Source: a virus. Taken from it: a stretch of DNA of 64,000 nt. Numbering within the stretch: position 1 is the first letter of the stretch; each line of letters begins with the position of its first letter. Under the pieces are notes generated by a model, which worked only from the letters and a program-made list of their open reading frames with translations, did not search any database and was not told where the DNA came from. Positions 19,845-31,600 of the stretch are shown piece by piece. Location of the stretch: IMG/VR virus record IMGVR_UViG_3300034093_001036, positions 1 through 64,000 of that record, one strand, 5' to 3'. The position numbers and the translations under genes were made by a program.

Positions 19845-20476
19845 TAATTGTACTTAAATGTATCAAATTCCCAGGCCCACTCATGTGCAATATCTTGCAT
19901 CTGCTTTTCTGAAAACACATCTTTTGGAGTTATTTCTTTTGGCCTATGATTTTTTTGATATACATTTAAATCTAAATGCAATCCTTTGGGCTCTAAAATT
20001 TGATTAATACCTGGCTCAATGCCATCTTCATATTTAATAACATTTTTAACCTGAATAGTGCCATCCTTTGAGTATAAATCTTTTGTGCTTTTTAACCACC
20101 CACGCCAATCTTTTCTTAAAGTGTTTTCAAAATATTTATTTACAAAGTCAGGTCTATCTCCAGATAAATAGTTTTGCATATTACCTGTATACTCTATCTG
20201 CAAAAAGAAATCTGATAAGACTGTATCGTATGGATTTCTGACTACAACGCATGAATCTACTTCAGATAAATTTTCAATTAGTGCTTCTAATTCTGAATAT
20301 GGGATATGATTAAAAAATTTTTCATGATTTCTTGGACTATGTCTTTCATCTATTGGATATACTGGTGTTACAGCAGCATCTTTATCCATTATTTGAGATA
20401 AACAAATTTCAGTTGAAGACCCTCCAACTTTTTTGTTTTTTAAATATAAAAAATTATATTTTTTTGAATATATCAT
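19844..20476 (-). CDS. Sulfotransferase-family protein, inserted
   Basis: 5'-PSB-like LYLKNKKVGGSS, 3'-PB-like VRNPYDTVLS, IKYE. Confidence 0.75.
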   Translation of the reverse strand: MIYSKKYNFLYLKNKKVGGSSTEICLSQIMDKDAAVTPVYPIDERHSPRNHEKFFNHIPYSELEALIENLSEVDSCVVVRNPYDTVLSDFFLQIEYTGNMQNYLSGDRPDFVNKYFENTLRKDWRGWLKSTKDLYSKDGTIQVKNVIKYEDGIEPGINQILEPKGLHLDLNVYQKNHRPKEITPKDVFSEKQMQDIAHEWAWEFDTFKYN

Positions 20477-20521
20477 TTAATGCGTCCAGTTTCGTTTTTC
20501 ATTACCACACCCATTTCTAAA

Positions 20522-21064
20522 TTATATAGACTCATTCCATACTGGAATAAATCGTCCATCTTCAGTTTTCCTATAAGTAAGTATACCATCGCCCATTCTT
20601 CGTGTCAACTCTTGTTTGCTAGGCGTAATATCATTAGTAATTAATTTATCTTTTCTTGGTCGACCAATATGATATGAAGCAAGTATATCACGTATCTCTT
20701 TTACTTGCGATTCTGAATAATATGATCTTACCTGAAACCCTCTTGCTCCACCTTTTTGAGATCCCGTTGGAAATGGAATGACTCCTCGTTTCATTAGTGA
20801 TGGCATATATTTTTTATGACGATTAACTAAATCAGCAGTCTGACCTACCGTGTATGCTCGCTCTCTTTTATTTCTAAAATCATTAATTAAACAACTTTCA
20901 ATTTGATCTTTGTTTATATTATAAACAGACATTATTCCATTAGAGTGATTGTAGTGATGTATTCTAACTAGGTCTCCATTAAGAAACCAAACTTTTTTGT
21001 TACCTGGTATTACAGGTGACTCATTGTACTTTTCGCTCTCAATAGTTCCCTTTTTAGTAACCAT
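20522..21064 (-). CDS. DNA-binding protein with MerR-like HTH
   Basis: AYTVGQTADLVNRH...KRGVIP...YYSESQV. Confidence 0.65.
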   Translation of the reverse strand: MVTKKGTIESEKYNESPVIPGNKKVWFLNGDLVRIHHYNHSNGIMSVYNINKDQIESCLINDFRNKRERAYTVGQTADLVNRHKKYMPSLMKRGVIPFPTGSQKGGARGFQVRSYYSESQVKEIRDILASYHIGRPRKDKLITNDITPSKQELTRRMGDGILTYRKTEDGRFIPVWNESI

Positions 21065-21201
21065 TGTCCCTCCAAAGTGTGGCTAGGTGGATGAAAAAAT
21101 ACTCTTACTCCGCAAGTCATACAATATACTTCTAGATGGTTAATCTCAGTATATTGCCTATCTATGAACATTCTTCCCTTACATTTTTTGCATGACATCA
21201 T
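21010..21201 (-). CDS. Small zinc-ribbon protein
   Basis: CKKCKG...CMTCG. Confidence 0.65.
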   Translation of the reverse strand: MMSCKKCKGRMFIDRQYTEINHLEVYCMTCGVRVFFHPPSHTLEGQWLLKRELLRAKSTMSHL

Positions 21202-21644
21202 TAATTTGGTATTCCAATAATTATTAGATTAATACCAATACTTGTGTCGCCTCCAGCATTAAATTTAACTGTACCCTCAACTTTAGAAGTTGAGACACTT
21301 TTTAATGTAACTGTAACATCTTTACCAGCATCAGTATTTCCAACGTTAACTGGTGTTGCTGTTACCACTGGTGCAAACTTAAACTCGCTTGAAAAATCAT
21401 AAGAAAATGGCTGAGAAGATCCAGCAGTCTGTGTTGCGCTTGTTGTAACTTGAACATACCCACCAATGATTCTTGCCTCAGATGCTTTTACGCTTTGTTT
21501 TCCAGCGTTAGGCGTGTCTATGGTTACATATTTATATGCTGATGGTGATACCTGAACAGAGAGATCATTAATAGCCTTAACAATCTGATAGATATATGTT
21601 ACATCTAGTGGTTGACCTCGCTCTGGTACGGGTAATATTGCCAT
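21201..21644 (-). CDS. Probable virion tail-tip protein (H-type lectin-like C-terminus)
   Basis: FSSEFKFAPVVTAT...INLIIIG pattern. Leaderless start after TGGTATAAT. Confidence 0.5.
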   Translation of the reverse strand: MAILPVPERGQPLDVTYIYQIVKAINDLSVQVSPSAYKYVTIDTPNAGKQSVKASEARIIGGYVQVTTSATQTAGSSQPFSYDFSSEFKFAPVVTATPVNVGNTDAGKDVTVTLKSVSTSKVEGTVKFNAGGDTSIGINLIIIGIPN

Positions 21645-21651
21645 ACTATAA

Positions 21652-22080
21652 TTATACCAGACTTACGATTCCAGAGTCATAGACTTCTAAGTTTTCTGTA
21701 AGTGCTGGATTAATAGATGATATTTGAACTATAGCCCTTACTGACTGTGTTCCTGTTTTTAAAAATGAATAGTTTTGTGATCCAGATGTTCCTAGATAAG
21801 ACGGAGTTGCTCCATCAAACCCTACAAAGATATCATAGGTTATTTGTATTGAAACTTCTCCTACTGCCCAATTTAGAAAAATTGTATTACCAATAATATT
21901 AAGATCTCCTGGGCCAGTAACAACAGCCTCAGAACCAAGAATAAATATTTTTGAATATGCTGACTTTCTGTTTTTATCTTCTGCTATTAATCTAAATCTT
22001 AAAACTCTTGAATTAGACGATGTTACTTTTCCAAGTAAATCTTTTTTAATAATAACATTTTTTATTCCTTTGTCTGCCAT
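21652..22080 (-). CDS. Probable minor tail protein
   Basis: Beta-rich, coupled within the tail operon. Confidence 0.5.
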   Translation of the reverse strand: MADKGIKNVIIKKDLLGKVTSSNSRVLRFRLIAEDKNRKSAYSKIFILGSEAVVTGPGDLNIIGNTIFLNWAVGEVSIQITYDIFVGFDGATPSYLGTSGSQNYSFLKTGTQSVRAIVQISSINPALTENLEVYDSGIVSLV

Positions 22081-23234
22081 TATCCAACATCCAAGGCAAA
22101 TCTAAACTCAATATAGTTTGTTGTGTTTGCTGATTTTATAATTGGTTTTGCACCTACACTTTTAATTACAGAGTATCCAGTAAGTCCATACAAAGAATTT
22201 GTAGAAGTAATATTTTCAAGTCTTAGCCCATCTAAACAAACATAAAATAAGTCAGAAGGCAATCCAGCCTCTGTTACGCAAGCATAAATTTTTGCTACAG
22301 TAACTTCTCTCCAGTCAAAGTTATCTGTTTTGTTTAAATCTTTAAGTGCTTTTGTAGCAACAACGTATCTGTTTAAAGCAAAATTTGTTTCTTTTACTGC
22401 TGTTCCAGCAGAGTATCCTACATCATCAATATCTACCTCAAACCTTGCATACTCTTGTGAAGAGTTTAAGCCAGTATAAGAAAATTCCAATAAAATTTTA
22501 ACATTGTCTGGCACTGTATTGGAGTTGGCAACTTTATTAACAACAGAAAATGCTAATCTTAGTTCATCTAATGGACTATTTTTTGTAAGATCTACTGCTG
22601 TATCGTTTAGCCTTATGTATTTAGATCCAGTGCCAACTACAATTTTGCCTAACTGGTTACTTGTAAGGGTTGAATCATTTCCAACTATAGCAATAATATT
22701 ATTTAAGAATCTACATCTTTCATTTCTTGCAACTCTGTCTGACTGAGTAAATATTCTATTGTCTGCATTTGTCTTAAATACATTGAGGGACTGGTTTATA
22801 ATACCGTTTTCTGCAACACCATCAAGTGGTTCATATTTTGATTCTATATCAATTGCAGCAGAACCAAATGGTTGATATAGCCAGTTGTCAGTATCTGCAA
22901 AAGAATAAATTGTTCGGCTATCAAAAGATCCAGCAATTGGGTTTGACGCAGCAGAGAATATTCCAACCTCAGTAATCTCATATCTTTCTTCTGTTGGCAA
23001 CTCTGCTGTTAATACTACCTTATCTATCCCGCCCTCATTTACAAATCCTCTAGAAATAATAGGAACACGAAACATCTCAAAATCTAAGGAATTCTTTAGT
23101 GCATAGTCTCCAAAAACACCCCCATCAGAAGCCACTGGGCTAGGCCCACAGCCCACAGCAATGTGTGAGGCATATGATTGTGTCTGACCCACAAGATACT
23201 TGGCTAAAAGATTTTTACCTATATTAGTTATCAT
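22080..23234 (-). CDS. Minor tail or baseplate protein
   Basis: MITNIGKNLLAKYL...IAVG...ITEVGIF motif typical of tail and baseplate proteins. Confidence 0.65.
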   Translation of the reverse strand: MITNIGKNLLAKYLVGQTQSYASHIAVGCGPSPVASDGGVFGDYALKNSLDFEMFRVPIISRGFVNEGGIDKVVLTAELPTEERYEITEVGIFSAASNPIAGSFDSRTIYSFADTDNWLYQPFGSAAIDIESKYEPLDGVAENGIINQSLNVFKTNADNRIFTQSDRVARNERCRFLNNIIAIVGNDSTLTSNQLGKIVVGTGSKYIRLNDTAVDLTKNSPLDELRLAFSVVNKVANSNTVPDNVKILLEFSYTGLNSSQEYARFEVDIDDVGYSAGTAVKETNFALNRYVVATKALKDLNKTDNFDWREVTVAKIYACVTEAGLPSDLFYVCLDGLRLENITSTNSLYGLTGYSVIKSVGAKPIIKSANTTNYIEFRFALDVG

Positions 23235-23752
23235 TAATTACTCCCACTATGTATTGTATCATCAAAAATACTTCCACTGTTCAATATATTAATTTCTGCT
23301 TGCTCGCCCTCTTTGACATTAACTAAGTTAATAACTAGGTCTCCGCTTATCGGATCTATATAGACTGACTTACAGTTTGGCACTTTAACTCCATCCACCA
23401 GATCATATCCTGTACCACAAACTGGTAGATGGTCAAATATAGATAAAGATAAAGACTTAAGATACGAATCAGATGCCTGCAGTCTTAAAACATTATTTGG
23501 ATTGTATTGTAGATATAAATCTGTTAAATTTTTAATCGGGGTATAAATAACCTTTTGCCCATTTACCAGGTCATGCCTAGATATAGTGGCAAGTTCATAT
23601 CCTCCAATATCCTCAAATATAAGGTCTGTCATTATTTCAATAGACATGGCCTCATCATTTAAAAGAATTAAATCTGGAGTAGCAATTTTTACTGAGTTAT
23701 CTTGAGATGCGCTTTCTGGATATGGAAGATTTGCTGTTGCGCTTGTTGTCAT
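23234..23752 (-). CDS. Probable minor tail protein
   Basis: Position in the tail operon, TAATG coupling. Confidence 0.5.
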   Translation of the reverse strand: MTTSATANLPYPESASQDNSVKIATPDLILLNDEAMSIEIMTDLIFEDIGGYELATISRHDLVNGQKVIYTPIKNLTDLYLQYNPNNVLRLQASDSYLKSLSLSIFDHLPVCGTGYDLVDGVKVPNCKSVYIDPISGDLVINLVNVKEGEQAEINILNSGSIFDDTIHSGSN

Positions 23753-26700
23753 TATAAAACCTCACTTAAAAATACTGTCATGTCTGGACCACTTGGACCT
23801 CTTGAAAAATCAATATTATATACAACAAATCTGCTCAATGCATTTGATGCCATACTTATTCCATTTTCTTGATAGTCTAAACTTACTATGTCACCAAGTT
23901 GAATTGTAGGTATTGCAAATATTTTAACTCCGATAGACTTTCTTGGCTTTGATGTTTTTTCAACCATCCACTTCATTAAGTTTGAGGCTTCATCTTGTGA
24001 TTGAATATATGGAGTAGTTAGTGAAAAATCTTTTTTCCCGTAAGTCATTCTACTTAATTTTATATCTTGATAATCTTGTTTAAATTTAAAAGGATTTGAA
24101 ATTAATTTATCTGCAACAAACTGTGGGCTTGATTCAAGAGTATTCTTATTAAAATATTCATCAACTGTTAGGTTGTTATCTGACTCCTGTGTAAAAGTAA
24201 TTCCCTGAATTCTTAAATAGTTCCCACTTGTTTCGTCTAGACTAAGCGCAGTGTCTGTTGCATTAAATATCATAAACTCAGCACCGTATGATCCTGCTCT
24301 AAAACCAGAAACGACATACCCCTTTATTTTATTAAATGTTGGAGAAATTTTTGCAGTTAATGCTGGATAAGCCTTATCATATTTAAAATTAAACACTGCT
24401 GCTTCTCTCATAATGCTGCCAAACTCTTCAAAATATATGTCATACTTTGGAGGTTCTGACGAACCAATTCCAGAAAGATATGTATTTTGTATTAAACCAC
24501 TAATGGCATACTTTCTAAAAGACTCATTAGCGTCAATTTCAGAATCTCCGAATACAGAATTTACTGGTGCGCCCAAAGAAAATGATGTGTTTTGAGAATA
24601 GTTATTGCATAGTGCATAAACATTTTCAAACATTGCTCTTGAAGATCCTCTTGTAAATAATGCTATGTTAGAATATATAGGAAGTGGATCATTATCATCT
24701 ACTGTTTTTATTAGTTTGCCGTTAATGTATAAGTAGAATCTTCTTGTCTTTCCTATGTCTTCATATTCTACTGCTAAATCATATACCGTTGGATTTTCCT
24801 CAGCAAAAACTCTTGACTGCCCAGTAAATCTTCCATCATCAACAGTAATTGTAGCAAGACCATCCCAAAGGCCAACAGGAATTGCCTTACTATTATCAGA
24901 TTTTATTTTGTAGAAAAAAACATTACTAACGCTTTGTCTATCTGTTTCTGACAAATTACCTAGTCCAAGTGCTGCTATCTCAAAATAATATCCTACATTT
25001 GTTGTTGGATTTAACATTACTGCAATTCCAGCAGAACCACCCGCAACGTTAATATTTTTATCTGGTGTAGAACCATTTACAACATAGTAAGTTGAGGATC
25101 CATTGGTTGTCTGACCACGGTCTTCATTGCTTTCAATCTTACCAATAATTCTTAGTCTTGTTCCAAAGTGTTTATACTTTTTTCCTTCTAATGATTTATG
25201 AACATATGAAATAAAATTTCTTGGCTTTTCTTTAGTAGCAAAGTTTGGGCCAGTCAAAGAAAGTGCTGATGATTGAACTGAGCCTGGGACTTGTTGAGTA
25301 TTTGTGGTTATCTCTCCCACAACAGAAGTTGACAGAAAGTTTTTAATAATTCCGCTTCTAGATGAAGTTCTTGCTAAAGCATCAGAAGATATTCCAGAGT
25401 CAGTTAATTTTCCAGATAATGCAACGGTGGTTGCAGGTAAAGTTAAATCTTTTTGAAACAAATACTCTGATGACATGTAACAACCTTTAACATTGTCATC
25501 TGATTTCCAGTAATCAGCAATTCCAGCATTGTGTGCAACAACAGTAGTTCCAAATTGTCCACGACCATGCTTTTGAACTTCTCCATTTTGTAATCTAATA
25601 ACACCAGATTGCTCAAAATATTTTGGTTCAGAATAAATTCTTACAAGGCCAGTTGGATATATCTTTCCATTGAATGGAAGTTTAGAAAAATAATTTTGAT
25701 AGTCTTCTGTAGAAGTTATCCAAACATTTCCAAAACCAGTAACGTTGTATTGAACTGCATCATATTTTATAATTTCTCCTTGTGAATAAAAATATCCATT
25801 ATATCTTGTAATCCAATACGCTGCTTCACCAAGACTAAATGTATTATTAATTACAATGTTATTTTTTACAATTGGCACATCTGCTAAAAGATTAGAGTTT
25901 AGTGGTATAGCGCTAAGAACATATGCAGACTGCTTGTTTACTTCGTTATTTATTGACTTTGTATTTTCTGTTCCAGACACTTCCCACAATAGAGCAGGCT
26001 TATAAGTGTAAAATCTTTCATCATCTAAGAGGCTTGCTTGTCTTAAAGAGCCAATAGATCTTTGTATATGTCTTGTTGTGTAATTAATTACTCCATCATT
26101 GTATACATTGTTTGTCTGGCTAGATACAGAAATCACATTTGCAAGTTTAGCATTTGCAAGTGTTTTATTTTTAATTTCATTATCTTGAAACAGATCGTTA
26201 GTTCCCCTAAGTTCAAAGGTTGTTGGTCTTTGTTCTTTTGTTGGCATAATATAGTCTTTGCTCATCATAACAAAGTTATTGTATTCATCAAAAAACATTG
26301 CAGTTTGAGTTGATACCGCTAAATCTTGAAGAATTTGTGCAACGCTGTTGTCTGGCCCAACAAAGAAATATGGAATTATTGTTTCTTTTTCATTTGCCAC
26401 TCTTCTAAATGTGTAATTAGAAAAACCAATATGGTCTAATAAAAGAGAAACAGCAGAACTTACAGATACTTCTGTCATTAATATTTGTGGTGCAGTTATT
26501 GATTCTAGATACCAATACATATCTCTTAAGGAAAGGGACACAGTTTTATTCATAAGATCCTGCTTGGGAAATGAATCGGCATATAGTGTTTTAATTGGAA
26601 CCCAGTAATCCCAGCCTGCAACATCAACAATTACTTCATAAAACTTAAACTGAACATGTCTATTTATATATTTTGCTATAATACTTGACTGATTGTTTTC

Positions 26701-28044
26701 ATTAAATGCTTGATCATAATCAAATATATTAATATTTCCATTAGATGCAATTAACTGCCCAACTGGTAAACCACTTAGCCCAAGATCTGATGCACTCTTA
26801 TTAATTGAATAGTCTAAAGTTTTATCAGATACATTTAAAACAAGTCTTGGAGATATTTCTATAAGGTCAAAGGTTGAGTCTTTTACATTCATTGAGTCAA
26901 CGACAATTCTAATTCCAGAGATGTATTCAAATTCTCGGTACTGTTCTTTTCCATCTAAGGATTTAGTAAATACATTTGGAGATGTAGCATCTACAACAAA
27001 GTTTGTAAGTCTGTCTACTGTCTCATCTTGGATATACCAACCATACTTTGGGGTTATGATTGTATAATCTGTACCGTTCCAAATATAAAACTTGCCTATA
27101 TCGTTTTCATTTTCTTTAATAAGATAAGCATATCCAACTACAGACTGCTCGGGAAGCAAAGAAATACTTGAGTATACTTCTGCAAAAACAAAATTTGCTT
27201 TCCATTCATCTGGAACAATTAGTCCATAGGCTATTTCAACATATCCATCACTCTTGATGACGGATGATCCGTCTGCTCTTCGTATTGCTGGATTAAAAGA
27301 TATAACATCCTGCCAGTTTGAATCTTTTAGGAATTGAATTTTCCATCTAGTTGGAACCTTTTGATTTAACTCTCCAAAGAATGGATCTGAAAATGCTCCA
27401 GTTGGGGACGAAAAGGGGCCTAGATTTTCTGTTCCAGTATGAGTTTGCATCTTAACAACAACTCTATTGGCTGGAATCTTTTCTTTATAGACAACAAAAG
27501 GACAGGCATCTTCTATAGAGTTTTGAGAACCTCTTACCTTTGAGGCAATCCCGTATTCTTGACCAGACTCTGTTCTGTATGAAGTCCAGTACTTAAACTT
27601 ATCATTTTTATCTGGCATATAGTATCTTGGTCTGTCGGCCATGACTAGATTGGGGTGGTGCAGTTTCCCGTTCTCAAAGAACACTGCCTTGTTAATTCCA
27701 GACCTTGGTCTAAACTGATTAAAACATTCTTCTAAAGAATAAAGAGTTTTTAACTTTTCCTTCTTTGTCAAAAATGTTGTTGGAATGTCGTCATTGTCAA
27801 ATGTTCCATCTACTAAAACATCTGCATCTGTCGCTCCTGTATAAAAATTTCCAGCATCATTAATATCAAAACTTGTTGGAAGTGAAGCATAAAGAGAAGA
27901 AGACTCTGTTGGTCTATATCTATAGTTACCAATATGTTTTATATTGGTTGGTATGTTCATGTTCCATTCTGCTGTTATTATTGACTTGTTTCGTACCGTC
28001 GGAGAAGTCTCTAAAAATGTTTGCAGTTCTTTATCTTCAAACAT
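23752..28044 (-). CDS. Large minor tail or tail-tip hub protein, 1430 aa
   Basis: Second gene after TMP. Hub-like LQDLAVSTQTAMFFDEYN and PTIQLGDIVSL motifs. Confidence 0.7.
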   Translation of the reverse strand: MFEDKELQTFLETSPTVRNKSIITAEWNMNIPTNIKHIGNYRYRPTESSSLYASLPTSFDINDAGNFYTGATDADVLVDGTFDNDDIPTTFLTKKEKLKTLYSLEECFNQFRPRSGINKAVFFENGKLHHPNLVMADRPRYYMPDKNDKFKYWTSYRTESGQEYGIASKVRGSQNSIEDACPFVVYKEKIPANRVVVKMQTHTGTENLGPFSSPTGAFSDPFFGELNQKVPTRWKIQFLKDSNWQDVISFNPAIRRADGSSVIKSDGYVEIAYGLIVPDEWKANFVFAEVYSSISLLPEQSVVGYAYLIKENENDIGKFYIWNGTDYTIITPKYGWYIQDETVDRLTNFVVDATSPNVFTKSLDGKEQYREFEYISGIRIVVDSMNVKDSTFDLIEISPRLVLNVSDKTLDYSINKSASDLGLSGLPVGQLIASNGNINIFDYDQAFNENNQSSIIAKYINRHVQFKFYEVIVDVAGWDYWVPIKTLYADSFPKQDLMNKTVSLSLRDMYWYLESITAPQILMTEVSVSSAVSLLLDHIGFSNYTFRRVANEKETIIPYFFVGPDNSVAQILQDLAVSTQTAMFFDEYNNFVMMSKDYIMPTKEQRPTTFELRGTNDLFQDNEIKNKTLANAKLANVISVSSQTNNVYNDGVINYTTRHIQRSIGSLRQASLLDDERFYTYKPALLWEVSGTENTKSINNEVNKQSAYVLSAIPLNSNLLADVPIVKNNIVINNTFSLGEAAYWITRYNGYFYSQGEIIKYDAVQYNVTGFGNVWITSTEDYQNYFSKLPFNGKIYPTGLVRIYSEPKYFEQSGVIRLQNGEVQKHGRGQFGTTVVAHNAGIADYWKSDDNVKGCYMSSEYLFQKDLTLPATTVALSGKLTDSGISSDALARTSSRSGIIKNFLSTSVVGEITTNTQQVPGSVQSSALSLTGPNFATKEKPRNFISYVHKSLEGKKYKHFGTRLRIIGKIESNEDRGQTTNGSSTYYVVNGSTPDKNINVAGGSAGIAVMLNPTTNVGYYFEIAALGLGNLSETDRQSVSNVFFYKIKSDNSKAIPVGLWDGLATITVDDGRFTGQSRVFAEENPTVYDLAVEYEDIGKTRRFYLYINGKLIKTVDDNDPLPIYSNIALFTRGSSRAMFENVYALCNNYSQNTSFSLGAPVNSVFGDSEIDANESFRKYAISGLIQNTYLSGIGSSEPPKYDIYFEEFGSIMREAAVFNFKYDKAYPALTAKISPTFNKIKGYVVSGFRAGSYGAEFMIFNATDTALSLDETSGNYLRIQGITFTQESDNNLTVDEYFNKNTLESSPQFVADKLISNPFKFKQDYQDIKLSRMTYGKKDFSLTTPYIQSQDEASNLMKWMVEKTSKPRKSIGVKIFAIPTIQLGDIVSLDYQENGISMASNALSRFVVYNIDFSRGPSGPDMTVFLSEVL

Positions 28045-28679
28045 TATACTTCTTCCAAAGTTATTGAGACGTTCCAGTAATCAAACTTAGTTCCTCTTTT
28101 TTCAACAGAATATGAAAAATCACTAATAAACATTTCTATAAGTTGATTGTATTGTCCAAGGTGGTCGTATGGTTCTGGTGTTCCACTAAATATACCCTTT
28201 CTATCGTAGGCAAGAAATACCCAAAAAGATCCTTTATGTGAGTCATACCACTCAAGCATATCTGCTCCACCTGCGCCTCCATCAGTTGTATAGGATACAT
28301 ATGGAGAAACTCCAGTAGCAGTATCAAAACTTGGAATGTTTGCATGGGATCTAGACGGAATTAAATTCCAACTTGTACTTAGTGTTATTTTATCTGCAAT
28401 GTGATATGATCTCATGCGACCATTAATCATTCTTTCACGCTTTTCAATTCTTTCTTCTGAAAAATCAAGGGGCTGTCTATTATCATCAGTAATAAACAAG
28501 AATTGATCTAGAAGGGTTTGATCTTCAACATCTTCTGGGTCTACTCCAACTTCATACCCATAGGGAATGTACAAACCATCTTTAAGAGTGCCAGAGTTTT
28601 CAGACCACAGCATACCGCTTGGTCTGTTATATTTTTTACGACCCTGAACATAGGTGACTCTTGGATCAATTTCTGGCAT
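28044..28679 (-). CDS. Distal tail-like minor tail protein
   Basis: Immediately after TMP, ends WNVSITLEEV. Confidence 0.6.
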   Translation of the reverse strand: MPEIDPRVTYVQGRKKYNRPSGMLWSENSGTLKDGLYIPYGYEVGVDPEDVEDQTLLDQFLFITDDNRQPLDFSEERIEKRERMINGRMRSYHIADKITLSTSWNLIPSRSHANIPSFDTATGVSPYVSYTTDGGAGGADMLEWYDSHKGSFWVFLAYDRKGIFSGTPEPYDHLGQYNQLIEMFISDFSYSVEKRGTKFDYWNVSITLEEV

Positions 28680-31600
28680 TTAATGACACCCCTCTAATTC
28701 TTCTATCATCAACTTGTTTAATTGTTGACATTACTGCTTGTGCAATTTCATTTGGATTAGCATTTGTTTTTGCATTAACAGTTAATGTATATGTATTATT
28801 ATACACTGCTCCACCAACTGATTCGCCATTATTTATTTTTCTCATAGTATCTACGCCATAAGTATCTACAGCATACTTACTCATTATAAATTCTCCTGGA
28901 GTTAACATTGCTGGAACTGTATCTGTGCCTTTAGCAAATCCACCAAGAGAGAACATTTTAGGAATTATTCCACCATTCATTCTTCCTACTCTGCCCTTAG
29001 CATTTATTGCTGCTTGCTCTGCTGCTAGATCTGCTGCTTCTTTTGCCTTAAATCTAGAAAGATTAGATGCTTGATTTTGTACACTAATTGCTTCTGCTGC
29101 AGCAATTGCTGCTGCTTTTATTTGTGATGCAATAGACAGGGCCCCGATTATTCCATTTTCCATTGCTGCATTAGCGCTTGGGTGAAATGCTGCTGCTGCA
29201 ATAGCAGGTGCATAATCTGCAGCCTTTTCTAATGCTGCTTTATTAATATCTTCTGCTTTTTTATTTCCTTCAGTTGATGCTTTTGGATCTGGAACAAATG
29301 GACCTGGACCTTGTGTTGCAGTTGTACCAGAGTTGCTTGAAGTATTCCCTGGTTGAGCCTGATATGCTGCAATAAGTTTTGCTTGAGTCTCTAGTGCAAG
29401 TTTCATAGAATCAACAAATGCAGCACTCTTAATTAATGCAAGGTCTACTTGATTTTTAATTGCTTCCCAAGCATCTTTTGTTTTGCCAAGAACCGTAAGT
29501 CCTTCTATATCTTTGTCTAATATTATTTGTCTTAAACGAATAAACTCTTGTGCTGGTTCTAGTTTCTCTTCTTCAATTTTAAATATTTTATCTTGAAGAT
29601 CTTTGATTTCTTTTTCAAGTTCTAGTCTAGTTTTTCCACCCTGAGTTTTTACTCTAGACAATTCATATTCTCTAGATTTCTCTACAGCATCTTTTTGTTT
29701 TGTTACTGCATCTGCTGCTGCTTGGGCTCTCATATCCTGTACGGCCTTTGCTGCTGCTGAAATATCTCCAGAGGTTAGGGCCTCAGCAAGAGTTAGTTGA
29801 CCCTTTTGCTGATTAGAAATAGAAGAGTTTAACTTTTCTACTTCATCTAAAGCCTTAATTCTTTCATCATACTTATCATTAATTTTTTGTTCTTGCTCTT
29901 CAATACCCTTTAGTGCTGCTTCTTTGTCATCTATTTCATATTGAATTGCTGCAATTGCATTTTGTGCCTCTTTAATTACTGCATTTTGTGATTTTGTATC
30001 TATTTTAAATTGTATATTTAGGGCTGTCTCCTGAACATCAAAGGCCTGCATAGCATTGCTAAAACCTTTATCAAATAAGCCTTGCATGAATTCAACGGTA
30101 GACTTTAATTGATTTAGCCTTTCAGTAAAATCGTCAATTAAATCATTTAACTCTCCCTGGGCTTTAACAATAATTGCTGTTGGTGCTCCGTTTGCTATTA
30201 ACTTATTTAATCTCGATTGTTGTGAAGCAATTTGGCTTTCCATTGATTGTAGGTTTTCATCGGATGAAATTGCAAAAGCATCTTCTGCCCCATACTTTGA
30301 TCTTAGTCTTGCTTCTTGAATTGTGTTTTTCTTAAATTGTGCGATATCTGTTTTTACTCCTTGAATTGCCGCTGACTTTTCTTGTGCTGCAGTTAAAAGT
30401 TTATAGTTAGAAATCAAAGTTCTAAGGCTTTTATCATTTACTCCATTGGCAATGGCTGCTGCCAAAGTTTTATCAGAAATTAATTGGTATGCCTCTGCTA
30501 CTGGAACTCCAAGGTTTGCCAACTTATTAAATGCAGTTGATTGATTTTCAATAGCCTTGAAGTCTGCTTCCATGCTAGACTTCCAGTCACCCATAGTTAT
30601 TGAGTTTAATGCTTCCTGAATGTTTTTAGCATCTTCTTTTAGTCCAACAATATTTTTCTTGTTGTCAAACTTAAACAATGAGTTCTTTTTCTGTTCATAT
30701 ACCTTTGGATCCATGCCAACGATTAGTTCGATAAAGTCTTGGCTTGTACCTAAGCCTCTTAGATCATTTTCTATACCGCTAAATACATCAATAGTTTTGT
30801 TACCACCAAACAGTTTATCTAGTGCCTTACGAGAAGCACCCCAGCCTTCTGTGACCTTGATCTGGTTCATTCGTACATCTCTTAGTTTCTTTACTAAGTC
30901 ATCTAGTGGTGAGGACTGGACTTTGTTTCCATCGGCAGGAGTGTTTCCTCCTACTGGAGCCTTTACTCCTACTGATAAGTTATCTGTAACGGCTTTGTAT
31001 CCTTGGGCTTCTGTGTATTTTTGTATTTTATAAGAAAGACTTCCTGTTACTCCTTGTCCACCTCTTGGTGCAGGCTCCTTAAGCCACGCCTTATAGTCTT
31101 CGCTTGCTTCAATTTTTGGCTCTGGAATATTAACTAATGTTGAAATTGTAGTTGTATAAACCTTTTGCTGATCTTCAGTTAATGTGTTAAAGTATGCTTC
31201 ATCAAATGCTGCTGTTCCCTTAACCTCTGGCATAATCTCATAAACAATTTTTGCAGTTAAATCTTTGCTACCTTCAATTGCGTCTAGCATTTTATTTAAT
31301 GATGCGTATGCCTCTTGGCTTTCCTTGCTTTTGTCAGTATAGTAACTGACCATAACATCTGATGGGATAACTGTATTGAGACTGTTTAACTTAATTATAT
31401 TTTTTGTAAAATCAAGAGCATCTGAGTCTTTTTCAAATGCTTCTACCCTGGTTATAAATTTTGTTTGAACTGTCTTGTTAATGGTACCCTTTGCATCAAG
31501 AATATTCTGTGCTGCTACACCTATTGACTCAGATGTTGCACCACTAAACTTTGTAATAATTTTCATCATCACTGGGGCCATGTCTTTATTGTCTGTTGCC

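Noticed and set aside
19710-20656. Possible DGR template/variable repeat pair
   Set aside because: Mismatches are not adenine-specific and are often synonymous, and there is no reverse transcriptase in the window.
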